From NCBI GenBank assembly GCA_977030845.1, contig OZ365118.1:18848001-18912000 (forward strand): DNA of 64,000 nt. Reading direction: 5' to 3'. Below the pieces are notes generated by a model, which saw nothing but the letters and a program-made list of their open reading frames with translations, was not told the DNA's origin and ran no database searches. The position numbers and the translations under genes are program-made. Origin of the DNA: Fimbriosthenelais zetlandica (lineage: Eukaryota). Of the stretch, positions 1 through 13,158 are shown one piece after another; the stretch's first letter is position 1, and every line of letters begins with the position of its first letter.

Positions 1-3000
1 ACAGAGCAGATACGCAGTTAGTAAACAGCTCATAATGCAAGCAGTAACAAATAAATTCAGATTGCATTGGGATTTGAATCAACTTTCTTTAAGAAAACCA
101 CAGGAAAAGCTTGGAAATCCGCTTTACGAGATAATACCTGCAAAGCGTGAAGGTGGCAGAGCGTCTGGCGAGGTGTTACTATTTAGAGAATCGACAAATA
201 AAGGACGGAGGAAGGATTCACCTGGAAGCTAGCTTTGATAAGATCTCCACATATTTAAACATCCTCCCACATCCCAGGAACAAAAGCTCCGATTCCAATA
301 TGAGAGATGGTCTTGTCTTTAATTCTAGGCAGCCGGGTGAAGAAATAGAGAAAGCTCAGTGGTGGAACACTTGCAAGTAACTTGATCGACCAGGACTTGT
401 GCTGTTCAGGTCTGCCATGGGTATTGACTCCACCAAGGCCTTTCATATTTCACTGTATGAGCACATACTCAGCCCAGGGTAGAGCCTGTGGTAGTACTCA
501 GCAAATCTTTCTACATTACAGGTTCCCACCACCTTCTTCCTGGTTGGTTTCCCATCCCCACTCAAAATATATAATATAATACCTTTTCAGGGCACACCTT
601 TCTTTCACTTTCAATTTACATTTCAACAAATCTCAGTCAAAAACCTCAAGGGTTGCTTTCCAATTATTCTCCAACTTTCTCAGCAATGAATTGTAAGTAG
701 GATTCACATCGGGGATTTTTTACTGGCACACCCAGGAGACTGAGCTGTGAAGAGTGCCTCTGATATTGTCACACCCCTCCTCCACGTTCAACACCCAGTT
801 TTTTGTTTATAAAACAACAGGGCATCCTTCCGTTAAAAGTAAATACAACGGTAACAAAAGTCTCCCACCGGGGAAGGAGAGAACACAAGCTGTCTCCTGA
901 CTGAGATGGTGTATTTGGGAGGAACAAGCTTATAACCTATAGAACTAAAATAGACCCTTATACTTCAAAGACTGAGTGTGAGAGTAAAGGTCACATGACT
1001 ACCTAGACAGTATATGACTATCTCTAAACCATCCTCACCATCTCTTTGACCTGGCATTTATCTTCAAAAGGCTAGATTATTTTTATTTCACCATATGTCT
1101 GGTATTTTGTAGGAGCACCGCAAGTGTCAGACAGTTCAGCGTCATAAAGGGACTGAGAGCGAGGAACAATAAAATGACGATTAACTTACAGCTAAAGTTT
1201 ACAATGAAAGTATGGCTGTGTAAGGAACATTTTATAAGTGAGAAGTATTTTCCTCCAGAACCCATGAGGAGCACATGCCTTTGGTATTACACAAAGACAA
1301 GAAATAGGCGCAACAATTGAAGTTCGTAAAGGTTCAGAAGTTGATAAATATATCTTTTTACTCTAAGGATATATGGAAGCCTTAAGGCTGTACCTATATA
1401 CTATAGAGATCTATACTTCTATACGGCCACACGATCTACACTACCCCCCGCCAGGCCTGGAATCGCCCCCAATTTAGGCGAGTTTTGCACGTGAACTAGT
1501 ACACAAGTGGCCGTATTAGATGCCATTGAGGTCTTGTTTCACTTTACAAGCCCCGGGAGGGCAGCAGGATGGGTATCAGATTGAGCTCTTTATCTTAATG
1601 GCCACCCAATACCCATGATTCTACTCCTATCTGCTTCTCCTGCTCCTCCACCACCTTCCATCTCAAAGTCTCTTCAACATCTCAATGGCCACTCCACTTT
1701 CTCACTTCTTTTTTTCTCCTTCGGGGTATATTTTTCCTCTTTTTTGCTAAGGTAGTAAAGGGTTTACACATAGAATTGAAATGTCGGTGGCAGATGCCGG
1801 CAATCTTTCAGCGATGTTCTGCCTTCTTCTTTGATTTAATTGCATCTGTTAATTGCAGGATAAAATCAGGGCCGACTGTTGAGATAATCCCCGGTGAATG
1901 TATACCCTTGTGTTGGCCGAGGAGTGTAGGCCGTATTATGAGAACATTGGAATGCTAGCCTCAACCTGCAGGCGTATCATATGAATAGAACATCGACACT
2001 TGCTCCATGTTTTCTGCTTGAAGGCATGAACAATTGGGCTGACACAGTAGGAAGAGGAGAAGGGCTGACTGTAAGATGAAGGCTTTCTGTCTGGTGTCTG
2101 ACACAGGCCTGAGGGGGGTCTTAGGTTCCCCGAGGCTAAACGCTCTCCACTCCACTTACTAAAGTGATATATTTACAAAAAAACACTTATTCTACGAACA
2201 AAAGGGCATGAGAGTAGGATTCAGCTGGTGGATTCTATCAGTGACAGCAACAGCAGTGAGCGTAGCATTCAACAGGCCCTCTGATGATGAATTATGCTAT
2301 TTGCTGCGGACCAGTCCCAGTCGTGCCCCCATCCCAGGAGGTGGTGTAGAGGAATTTACAAGATAATGCCAGGCTATGACTCATCCTCTCCCACCGACCC
2401 TGCTCCCTGACTCCACCCTGCCATCTCCCTGACTCCCTCCACCCCATGCTGCTCGAAAATTAATTTGTGCCGAACAAAATGAGGACAAAACTGAAGAATA
2501 TCAGATGGCTATCAGTCTAAATTGATGAATCACTGAGGGGGAAGTGAGGGGATTTTACCAATATCTCAGCGGGCTAGCCCACATTGTCTTCAACATTTAT
2601 CATTCTTCCCGTCCAGTCCTGCCAGTATCACCTCATTACCATAATTGAAATAAATACCATGTGTTTTGATGAGGGTGATTGAAAGGTTTCTTGTTTGGCC
2701 ACAGGATCACCGAAGCCTGGGTCTTATTTTGTTGCGGCATTTAAGCAATTCCCTTCTGGGCAGGCAGGCATGCCATGGGTGAATAAGTGAGACTAAGTGT
2801 ATTACCTAGGTGGTGACCAGATGTAAAGTTATCCCGAGTAAGCTGGCGGTATGGACTCTACTCTAGTATGTGATGGTATTATAAGACCTGCCCACCTCCT
2901 CATGGGGTGTCATTGGTAGTGTGGAGACATGACCAATACAGTCATTAATCTGTATATGTCTAATTAAGCTTCATCAGCTGCTGGCAGGCTCTATACACAC

Positions 3001-3345
3001 TGCCAGATAACATAGTGTCATCTCACACCTCGTCTGTATGCAGGACTTGCTTTGTCTTACAAAATGTGTCTGCACCAGGGCAGCAGACATCATTTGGTGG
3101 TCATAAATAAAAGAAGACCTCTGACAACCATCATAGCACAATGTCAGAATTTGCAAATCAGTATCACTTCTGTAGGAGACAGGTCTGTGCCAGTAAGCCG
3201 GCCGGGAGTCGCACACTGTCATCTTGGTGGGCCGTGGTAGACTTGCTACTTATGAATTACTGTCACCAGCAGAACCTATACATATTTCTGACGTGATTGA
3301 TCACTATTTGAGTGAGCTTTCTGGGACTGCTGCAGGACGCAGCTC

Positions 3346-3761
3346 CACTTCCGTCTGTGACGTCATCCCCCGGGGCTTTCATGTCCCAGGCCTTTAAAGG
3401 CAACAAAGGCCAAGACAATCTCACTGCTAATCGTTCTGGTAAATCAGAACAAAGACAATTTTTAAGGTTTGATTGTCCTCTCAGAGAGAGATGAAAAGTG
3501 AGATGAAAAGAGTAAGTTAGAGGGAAGAGAGAGAAGTCAGGGCACGATCTGGGATTAATTCAAACAACTCATTACTTTCAAAGGGAGCAGGGAGGGCTTA
3601 GGGTCTCGGCCCTGGGGAGGTGTGGGTATTGACAATGTGAATGAACAATCAGCCACAATCGCGCTGTGTAACGATCAGGGAATTACGAGCCACATGTATA
3701 ATGGGTGGCGCCACCGACATCCGCTCCGCTGGCGGCCATCTTGTGGCATTCAGTATTTATA
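3346..3761. promoter_or_regulatory. CpG-rich motif cluster: ETS, full CRE, YY1/CTCF-like site, TATA-like element
   Basis: CACTTCCG at 3346-3353; TGACGTCA at 3358-3365; palindrome GGTGGCGCCACC at 3704-3715; GGCGGCCATCTTGTGGC at 3731-3747 (reverse YY1/CTCF-like); TATTTATA at 3754-3761. Motif evidence only. Confidence 0.3.
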
Positions 3762-4002
3762 GAAGAGATGATGACGTTATCAGCAGAGAGAGGGGAGAAA
3801 GCCCCACTCTATAATAATATGAATGCCATGTCGATTCCCACAACTCGACCTGACTGCTGATGAGTCGCGTGATGGGGGAAACGACCTGCTAAACCACAAA
3901 GATGACCGGTGGTAGATAGGCCATCTAAACTAGATAAGAGAGGGGAAGGCCCGATATCAATAAATCCTGTAGAGATGCTTTAAAAAGTCCCCGGCGCATG
4001 AG

Positions 4003-4065
4003 ATGATGAGGAATGGTCTGATAGATACTCATGATGAGGAATGGACTGATAGATACTCATGATGA
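4003..4065. repeat. 28-bp tandem duplication (about 2.25 copies)
   Basis: ATGATGAGGAATGG(T/A)CTGATAGATACTC twice, then a partial ATGATGA. Confidence 0.9.
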
Positions 4066-5324
4066 CAAGTTCAGGGGATTAGTGAGGAGGAGCCATGTTG
4101 CCGAGATCAATCTCTGAGCCTACCATGCCTTCTATTTGTACACAAGTATCATTGAGACTGGACAGCCTTCTGGCCTAATGGTTCCACCACAGGACTGCCT
4201 CCAGAAGCCCCCGCCTATTGACAATGGCCCTGTACTGCATGCCCTGCTTCTCAACGTGCCACACTCGTTGCAATTGAATTAGGCAATCAGTTAGTACTTG
4301 ATGTCTGTGCCACAGAGGCTGATCCATACAAATGGCCGCCAGATACGACCATGATCTGCGACTGGGCATGACAGTCACGATTCCTGGAAACAAGTAGCCA
4401 GCTGCCGTCTGTAGCGGCTACTGGTTTTTTGTCAGGGTTTGAGGCACGATGTCAACAAGGTATTAAAGGCATAATGAAGCCCATACAGGATACAGGTATT
4501 CAGAAGTCAGACAAGTCTGCCAGTCTACAATATCATTAATGTAAGGCAGTCTCAATCTATACATGACAGGACTTACCTCCATGGGAATAATGCTTACATA
4601 TGAATCTATGTTGCCATCTGGTATTGAAGGAATCCCATTATTAAAACGAGTTATGGATATTCCATGCTAAATGACAATAAGCCTGGCTTTTCAGCTTTGG
4701 TCGATTACTAAATTATGAGATGCTGTGTTTGAAATTTACATCTAGGATGGAGAGCCCGTGCCTCCGTGAGTTACCACAATGGTCGCTCCATCTAGACCCA
4801 TAGTTATACAACAATATCCCAATTGTAGAAAAGCTAGTGATAGGCCCACCCATCTCCATAGCATGATAGTGGGAATAATTGGGAAGTTGTCTGATTTGAT
4901 TGGTCAGTCGCATGGTAGTGGCAATTACAGCTTTATTGCTCATTTTCTGTACGATTTGCTCTATTCACTTGGCTGCCATATAGACAGAGTGTATGGGCAG
5001 AAGAGGCAGAAATGCATAATACATGCTTGGATTGTCATATAGACAGTGTTGTGTGTGAGTATGGCTCTGTCGGTTAGCTGGGACCCATATGGCAGTTGCT
5101 GTAATAGCAATCACAAAGCGATACATGAAAAGAGGGAACAATATTAGCGAAAGGCAAATGCAATTTGCATGTGAACCTGGATGTTTTCTCAAGTCGCACA
5201 CATGAACAAAGAATGCCCACCCACATCTGCTCCCATCTACTCATATTTATATTAGAGCTGCTCTATTTTCCTCCCTTTCTTATTCCCTCTCTCTCACTAA
5301 GAACCAATGCATCTTGTGTGGCCC

Positions 5325-5516
5325 TATCCCAGTGGTAGATTGCCCCAGTGGTAGATTGCCCCAGTGGTAGACTGCCCCAGTGGTAGACTGCCCCAGTGGT
5401 AGACTGCCCCAGTGGTAGACTGCCCCAGTGGTAGACTGCCCCAGTGGTAGACTGCCCCAGTGGTAGACTGCCCCAGTGGTAGACTGCCCCAGTGGTAGAC
5501 TGCCCCAGTGGCGGAC
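5325..5516. repeat. 16-bp minisatellite, 12 copies
   Basis: Unit TGCCCCAGTGGTAGAC head-to-tail, with variants only at the edges. It explains the repetitive ORFs 5263..5571 and 5324..5608. Confidence 0.97.
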
Positions 5517-8413
5517 TGCCTGAACCGCTCAGTATTTGGCAGTTTGAACATGATACGTGTTGGCAGCTCATACTGCGAGGACATGGCCTGTGAAAAGGTG
5601 ATCTTCAATTATATTCAATATACATTGTTGCTGCTTCACTCTCTGAACTAAACCTCCCCGAGGATGGACAGATGATGTTCAGCCAGACAGGACAGAATAC
5701 AGACTTCAAGACTAACTCTCCTGTGTAGGCTGCTGGTTTTCGGCCATGCATTCTGATGCAGACTGATGTAGTTAAATGACCTTAAACTGCAGTATTGTCA
5801 ACATTTGTCAAACTCAAAATAAGCAGCATCTGGCCACTAAATGTCTGGAGTGCATCGTTAAAGCCAAACTTGAAATTTATGGCTGAAAAGTGAGCAAACA
5901 TCTGTCCAATGTCTTACGAAGAAGAGCATGAAAAACTTTCAAATTTATGGAAAGTCAAGAGTGATTTTCATTAAGGTCTCATTATTAGAGGATCAATCAG
6001 CATGATTCAGTGAGATGTTGGTGGAATATCAGGGCGAGCAGCGGGCTGATCCGTCCACGTCTCCACGGACAGGATCACCCGTGTAATTGCCGGGAAAAAC
6101 CAAGTCATTATCTCCACTTTTTAACTTACAAGATATATCGCCGCAGTTTTCTTTGATGGCAGAGCAATTCCGGCAACACGCCAATGGCCCATCAAAATCT
6201 CTATATTATATGGAAAGTAAACATGATTATGAGAGCCGGTGTTGATGTGTGATATAATACCATGTCGTTTACATGCGCGGCGGTATCCTGTGACATCATG
6301 TTTAGAAAGCCCGCGGGGAGCAAAGGTCTCATGGTATGAGCGGCAGAGTGAATGATATTAATATGTGTAATCACCATGTTATTTTCCTTAGCGGCAGCAC
6401 AACATTGTCTCATTTAGACCTCCATCTGATAGCGTTATATCCCTGACAGGATGATAGCAATTAGTATCACTTACTAAAAAACAACCTTATTATCAAACAT
6501 CAATGGATGGAGATGGATGCTTAATGATCATATCATTTTTATGGCAGTTTCTTTGTCAATTATGAGCAGCTTTATCATAAATACTTTAGGATGCAAAATA
6601 AGTAACTAAGGGCCAGCGGTTTGGGGACAGCTAAAATCTACTATATTGTAGTTTACCATATTTGAATGTAGACCTTGTTTTTCTAGTCTGAAGCAGACTG
6701 GAGCAGGGATATCATATGTCAACTAGAAACTTTCTTTGTAAGTTTGAATGAAGAACAATGATTAATTCCGGTGATCTTTGGCACACCATTAATGTTTTTG
6801 TGGCCTGTTATTAATGAATCTTTGCTAACCATCAACGTCAGAGTCAGACAGTGGGGGAAATAATGACAAGTATGCTTATTATGAAGCAGATATTAATTAA
6901 GGTCGTCAGTAAATGAATGATAAAGTCGTGAGGAGGATGGCTGCCGGGCAGGGGTAGATTAGATACTAGACAGACTGTGATATAGAGGAGGAATGATGAC
7001 AGGTGAGAGTATCTGACAATAACAAAGCGGACAGCAGACGTAATAAGTTATCTTATTAACATCAGACATCTCTCTACTAAGATCATACACAATGCTCAGC
7101 ACTGAAATGTAAGCAAGGCTGGCTCAGTTCTCTTACCTTTCATTACACTACAGTTGCAAAACATATCTCACTTCTCAGATTAACTGGTTCACAATTATTG
7201 AAAGATACATGTAGAGGAATGTCAACATGTTTTAACAAGATTTATTGTTGATTGTATGGTTGTTTAACGTCACTTTCAGCAATCCCTCAGTTATATCATC
7301 TAACAAGATGATTGCCCATAGTAAATGGGACGGAATGAGAACAAATAGTGATAATCTTCTAATCTTCAATCAGGAGGGTAAGTGTTTACTGACATAGTAT
7401 TCACACTGCATCTTTATCTTGAGACTGTCGAAGCTCATCCTCATTCTAATTATCATTTCACATTATATATAATGTTCGTTTCTTTGCCAGCCTGTGTCTA
7501 AAGTTTGCTACCGAATTCTGCCAGGCTTTACAGTAGGAATAAAAGAATTGCCTTTACAGTCGTCAGAGTCTCAGTGAGAGATAACAATGACCATTGTAGT
7601 GACTCTATGTGAAACCTGCAACAGATACAAAAACCCAACAAAGACAATATATCATCAAGTATTTATAGGCAATAGTATCTCTCCATCTGCCGACTACAAG
7701 GCTGAAGAAATGGCAATGTCAGATATCAAAGACAGTGCTCAATATCTGTCTGAAAGAGGGCATGAATTTATCATGGTGGGCTCTATTGCATGGCCATTAG
7801 CAACTTAAACCCAGACAAGAAGGTGGGCAACGTATATATATATATCAATGGTCATGATGGAGAAGCCCTGCCACAATGAAGCCATGAGAGTTTAATCTCA
7901 TACAATCAAAGTGGAAGTGCAAAAGGTAGAGAGATAAACAGAGTTCTAAACATTGAACAGATTTTGGTGTGCCACCTCATATCTGTGGGTGCTAAAATCC
8001 ACATTCATCTTAAATTTATTGAATGATTTAAGTAGAAATTAATATTTATAATTACCTCTGAGTAGCTCAACGAGGACTAGAGTAAGAGTGAGTAGTTCTG
8101 CGGCTGACATGGTGGTAGTTTACAGGTGTTGATCCATCCATCTCTGATCGTGGACTATCATCTAAGTTTGATACATCCCTCTCCCTCCATTCTCCATCCT
8201 CCCTCACTCTCCCCCCTTACATCCTTACACTGCAGGCACAACGTACACGACCGTAAGATGAATGGCTACGATTCTTCTGAAAGATAAACAATTTCAATGA
8301 TGATTTTCATGAGAAGTCAGATATGAATGTGAATATACTAGTTAAAGTTTGACTTTATCGGCTTGTTGTGAGAGACATGACTTCGTTTACAGGTAAACTT
8401 TTGATAAGAGAGT

Positions 8414-8474
8414 AGGCGGGGACCAATAAGGAAAGGTATAAATCAAGCCCACATAATCCTTCATGTTATTCTCA
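8414..8474 (+). promoter_or_regulatory. Candidate core promoter (GC box, CCAAT, TATA, Inr)
   Basis: AGGCGGGG at 8414-8421; CCAAT at 8423-8427; TATAAA at 8437-8442; Inr-like TTATTCT with its A at 8468, 31 nt after the TATA start. ETS-like CCGGATGT and CCGGAAGT lie about 200-250 bp downstream. CCAAT is unusually close to TATA. Confidence 0.3.
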
Positions 8475-11400
8475 GTCTTTATTTTGATCAACATATTGAT
8501 AGGTAAACTGAGACGGTAACTGAAGTAAGACAATTATTGTTATGACCTTTCACAACTTGTTGGGGGGAGGCTTTGATATTGAAGACGTCATTGGTTAAAG
8601 TTAATAGGGGTGAGCATTAAAAGACATGATCAGACCCTTCACATCACCGGTCACAGAGTCACCCGGATGTTCATAGTCACATGACCGGAAGTTAAGTATC
8701 CCATTAGTAAATCTGGCCCTGGGCAGAAAGTGGCAAAATATGCGACCAGCTGCTCCCAAGAGGGCCATGTGACTACCCGTTACAACGAGGGGGACGGGGC
8801 TGCTGGTCTATTAAAAAGAAGTGTGAAGGAAAGCTGGGTGTATGTCAATAGACTACATTATGCACAGCTGTAAAGTGGTGGAGTAAAAGTTTCCTAAATC
8901 TTCAGGCCACTTATGGAAAGTGGCAGGGGAGGTAGTACTGAATCCTAAACGGCGGCACAAATCAATGTACTCACATTTTACCTCCACACAATTTGTCCTG
9001 GAGTTGTGAAACTGATAATTCCTTGCATGGAATAAAGATATAAAAGGCAAATGATCTGAGCCAAGTTCCTCCCAAAAGATTAATGGACCCGCATGCAGTG
9101 AGATGGAACTCTGAGATAAGTAGGTCTAGTGACAAAGAACAGAACCCTAGTTGGCAGTAGACAAAATAAACTTTGCTGGAATTAATTTAGCAGAATTAAT
9201 TTAGGTAGAGATTGATCGTTTTGACGGTTCAATCATTTCTGTGAGGAACAAAGATGGTGTGGGATGAGTATTGAATGAATGCTTCAAACAAACCTGCCTA
9301 CAGTGAGGATAGAGTGAGGTGGCGTCGATCCCTGATGTGGAAATAATAAGTCTACTTGCTAGCCTCCGTTATCACAGCTTCTCTATGAATCATGCAGGAA
9401 TTAACCCAACTTTCCCCCGTGTCGCGCCAAGGCAATCACTAAATGAAATTGGTCCGTGAAATAATCCTCTGATCTTTGTGTTACCATCCCAAACTTGGCA
9501 AGACAAAGACGGCAATATTTCCATTGAAAAAACAACCTTAGAAGTCTTGGCTTGGGCTGATGATGGTGGTGGTGGTTGAGATGGGAAGTGAAATCCAAAT
9601 TTGGTGTTTGCTTCACGATAGTGCCACCTATCCCAGCGTGTGTAAATCACGCAAGCCAACTGTTGCTGGTCCAACAACTGATGAGCGACTCAAAGGGAGC
9701 TGCTCTTATGGATTGAGAGACAGGCTGAGCCCAAGATTGGAAGCGACTGGGAGCAGTCCACCAGTAGTTATAGGACTATTGATGGTACAATGGGCGTGGC
9801 TTCACCAGTATCTATCAGTGGCAGAGTGAGTCTATGTGAGTGCCTCTTTGTATGGCTGACTGAAGTCCTGGGTCATGTACCACTGCCATTCCCGGGATTG
9901 TCAGGGCCTCTTCCCATGATAGGACCAGTTTTTTCCCTTCCCCCGGTGTTGTGACAATAGAAGGGAGAGTGGGATTGTTCTCTGGACCTCGTATCACTGC
10001 TTCGCGGTCTGGAGCCGTCATTATGACTGAGCCCATCCCACTCCTGCTCTTGTATAAGGATCAAACGATATGAAGGATCAGGCCCAGTGAAAGGCAGGGC
10101 TCCTGTAGGCCGGGAGCCTGCGGTGGGAGGTACTGGGGGAAGGAGAGCCGGGGAAAAGGGGATCTGTACAAACCCACTGGGGATGAATAGGTGGGGAAGG
10201 GTGGCCGAATTAAAGGGGAATATTGGAATTAGGGGCAGTCATAAAATGAGTGGGTTTGTAAAGGCAATGTGGGTTGGCATTCTTCTGTAGCAGGGAGTGA
10301 GAAGTAATCATATTTTTAAGCCAGAATGAAACTAGTGTAATTACTCTAGAGCATGTCGATCAAGGCGACAACCTACAATGAAACAAATGAATCCATAACT
10401 TAATCTAAATGGTAATAGGGTTGAGTGCATGGTGAGAATGATTCAAACCTGAGAGAGAGTGTAGAGGTATGAGAGAGGACCTGTGACATGATCATCCTAT
10501 ATATGAAACCCTGCCCACCTCTCCCCTCATCACAACAGCTTCACTCTCTCTTATCTCTCCCGCCTTGCCACGGACGCTGGCAAGTTTATATTCATCCTGG
10601 ACTGAGGTCTTAGAGAAATTAGCTGTCCTGAGAAGGCTGGGATGAGAGGGGCCGTGAATAGGAGACATGGCAGTGTGGTGAGGTGATACCATTGTGATGC
10701 CAGTCTCCACCAAATGAGTCGGATCAGAAACCGGGCAATTGTCAGTGAGAAAAAATGACATTGTCGTCTTTAGGTCAATTGCCTGTGCAGCGGGTGAAAG
10801 TGGGGACTGTTTGTTGTCATCTCTGCCAACAAACGTTGAGGCAGGCTCTAAAGGTGAGGTCTGTTTGAATGTGGTGCATCAAACATTGGCAGCACGTTTA
10901 CAATGCACATACAGGACTGAGGGAGACCACACTGAGAGCCTTACACATACAGGGCTCCTCCTATACCAGGCAGATCAAACCAGGCACCATTCATCTAAAT
11001 CATATGACAATTTATACTTTAATACATTTATAAATTAGACAAATACCATTTCCTGGGTAGTCCTTAGCATTGTGAATGACTACCAAGCGAAAATCTTATC
11101 TGGGGTTGGATTGCTTGATGCGTGCAACAAGTCATGTTGGGTAGTCATGGTTGTAGGGCTTAGATTTGTCACATGTCTTTGTAATTGACACATCCTTCTT
11201 GATATGCATACATGTCTGTACTAGCACAGTGACCAGGTCAGAATGATCACTAATAGATGAAGCGTGCTTACAGTGACCATGGTCCCCACCACGGACTGAC
11301 CCTCTCTACCCCCTCGTTTTCCGGCTACTGCGCCTTAATCCCTATTCCATGGCCATCCCCTCCATTATACATGATGACCCCGAACACTGCCACCACACGC

Positions 11401-12423
11401 TCAGCCTCATTGTTTTGGGGGCCATCTCAAACTCTCAGAGGACCCAAATCAATCCAATTATGTAAAGTGGCCGTGGAAATTATTGTCCCTGCCTGAGGTC
11501 CAGTGGAGTTGTGCATTGTGAAGTAAGGCGGAGGGCCGGGCAGGAGTCAGCGCATCACCTGCAGCTGTGTAGACCTGCTTAAAACTTCACTTAATTCAGT
11601 GGTTGATGGTGGAAGACCAGGAGCCCACAGTGAACAAGGTCATAAAGCAAGATTACCTCCAGATTTAACACACAAGCAGGTGCATTGTGCTACGGTGATA
11701 CAGCCATAACCATTAGTCAAGAGATGAGAAGCGCCACCCTGCCTGACGCCGCATGAATTAACACCACTCCATCCTCACCTTAACATTTACCATATCCCCG
11801 CCAAGCAAATGACAAATAGTCATAAGTAGGGAAGATTAAATAAATCTAGCTCTGAGAAAGAGCCTATAGCTATCAAGAGAGATCCCCATAATGGATTGAA
11901 TTTCACTGCTCAATAGAAAATCCCAGAGGTTTTCACAGCAATAAGAGTAAATTAAAGTGATCAAAGACTGGGATAACGTGTAGGGAGGTAGAGGGGGGAG
12001 TCTCCTCTAATGGTCTGATGTATATACATAGCTTCACACTATCTAACAGCCTTTCAACTGGAGGGATCTGTATCTGGCAAGGATGACATAGCATCTGGTC
12101 ATGATGAATTTTCAGCGGTAAATGAGACCCCACTGCCACTAGACTATTGTACGGGGGTTGTGATGGACTATGGTACTTGTGACCTCCTCTCTCTGCCTTT
12201 TGTGGGGTGCGAAACAAGTGATCGTTCTATGACCGTAATCAGTGACACCGGAATGTTGTGTCTCTGTCATTTTCTCATTATCCTGTCAAATAACCCAGCC
12301 ATTGCCTCTTATGGCTATGGGAGTGGCAGTGAGTGGTGAATGGCTAATAGAGTAGGGTTTGGTTGGCGGGTCAGGTAGCACTAATCATCCAATACATGGC
12401 GGGCGTCCACATGGCAGGGTCCA

Positions 12424-13158
12424 TTACAGTATAGACACACCTTGTTACAGTATAGACACACCTTGTTACAGTATAGACACACCTTGTTACAGTATAGACA
12501 CACCTTGTTACAGTATAGACGCACCTTGATACAGTACAGACACACCTTGTTACAGTATAGACGCACCTTGATACAGTACAGACACACCTTGTTACAGTAT
12601 AGACACACCTTGTTACAGTATAGACACACCTTGTTACAGTATAGACGCACCTTGATACAGTACAGACACACCTTGTTACAGTATAGACACACCTTGTTAC
12701 AGTATAGACACACCTTGTTACAGTATAGACACACCTTGTTACAGTATAGACACACCTTGTTACAGTATAGACACACCTTGTTACAGTATAGACACACCTT
12801 GTTACAGTATAGACGCACCTTGTTACAGTATAGACACACCTTGTTACAGTATAGACACACCTTGTTACAGTATAGACACACCTTGTTACAGTATAGACAC
12901 ACCTTGTTACAGTATAGACACACCTTGTTACAGTATAGACACACCTTGTTACAGTATAGACACACCTTGTTACAGTATAGACGCACCTTGATACAGTACA
13001 GACACACCTTGTTACAGTATAGACACACCTTGTTACAGTATAGACACACCTTGTTACAGTATAGACACACCTTGTTAGAGTATAGACACACCTTGTTACA
13101 GTATAGACACACCTTGTTACAGTATAGACGCACCTTGATACAGTATAGACGCACCTTG
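12424..13158. repeat. 21-bp minisatellite, 35 copies, with a linked 42-bp variant doublet
   Basis: Consensus TTACAGTATAGACACACCTTG. The doublet ...GACGCACCTTG + ATACAGTACAG... recurs at units 5-6, 7-8, 11-12 and 27-28. It explains ORFs 12371..13204, 12381..13154 and 12442..13170. Confidence 0.98.

Noticed and set aside
1421-1516. 10-bp inverted repeat ATACGGCCAC/GTGGCCGTAT as a tiny MITE
   Set aside because: It is too short, shows no clear target-site duplication and has no second copy in the window.
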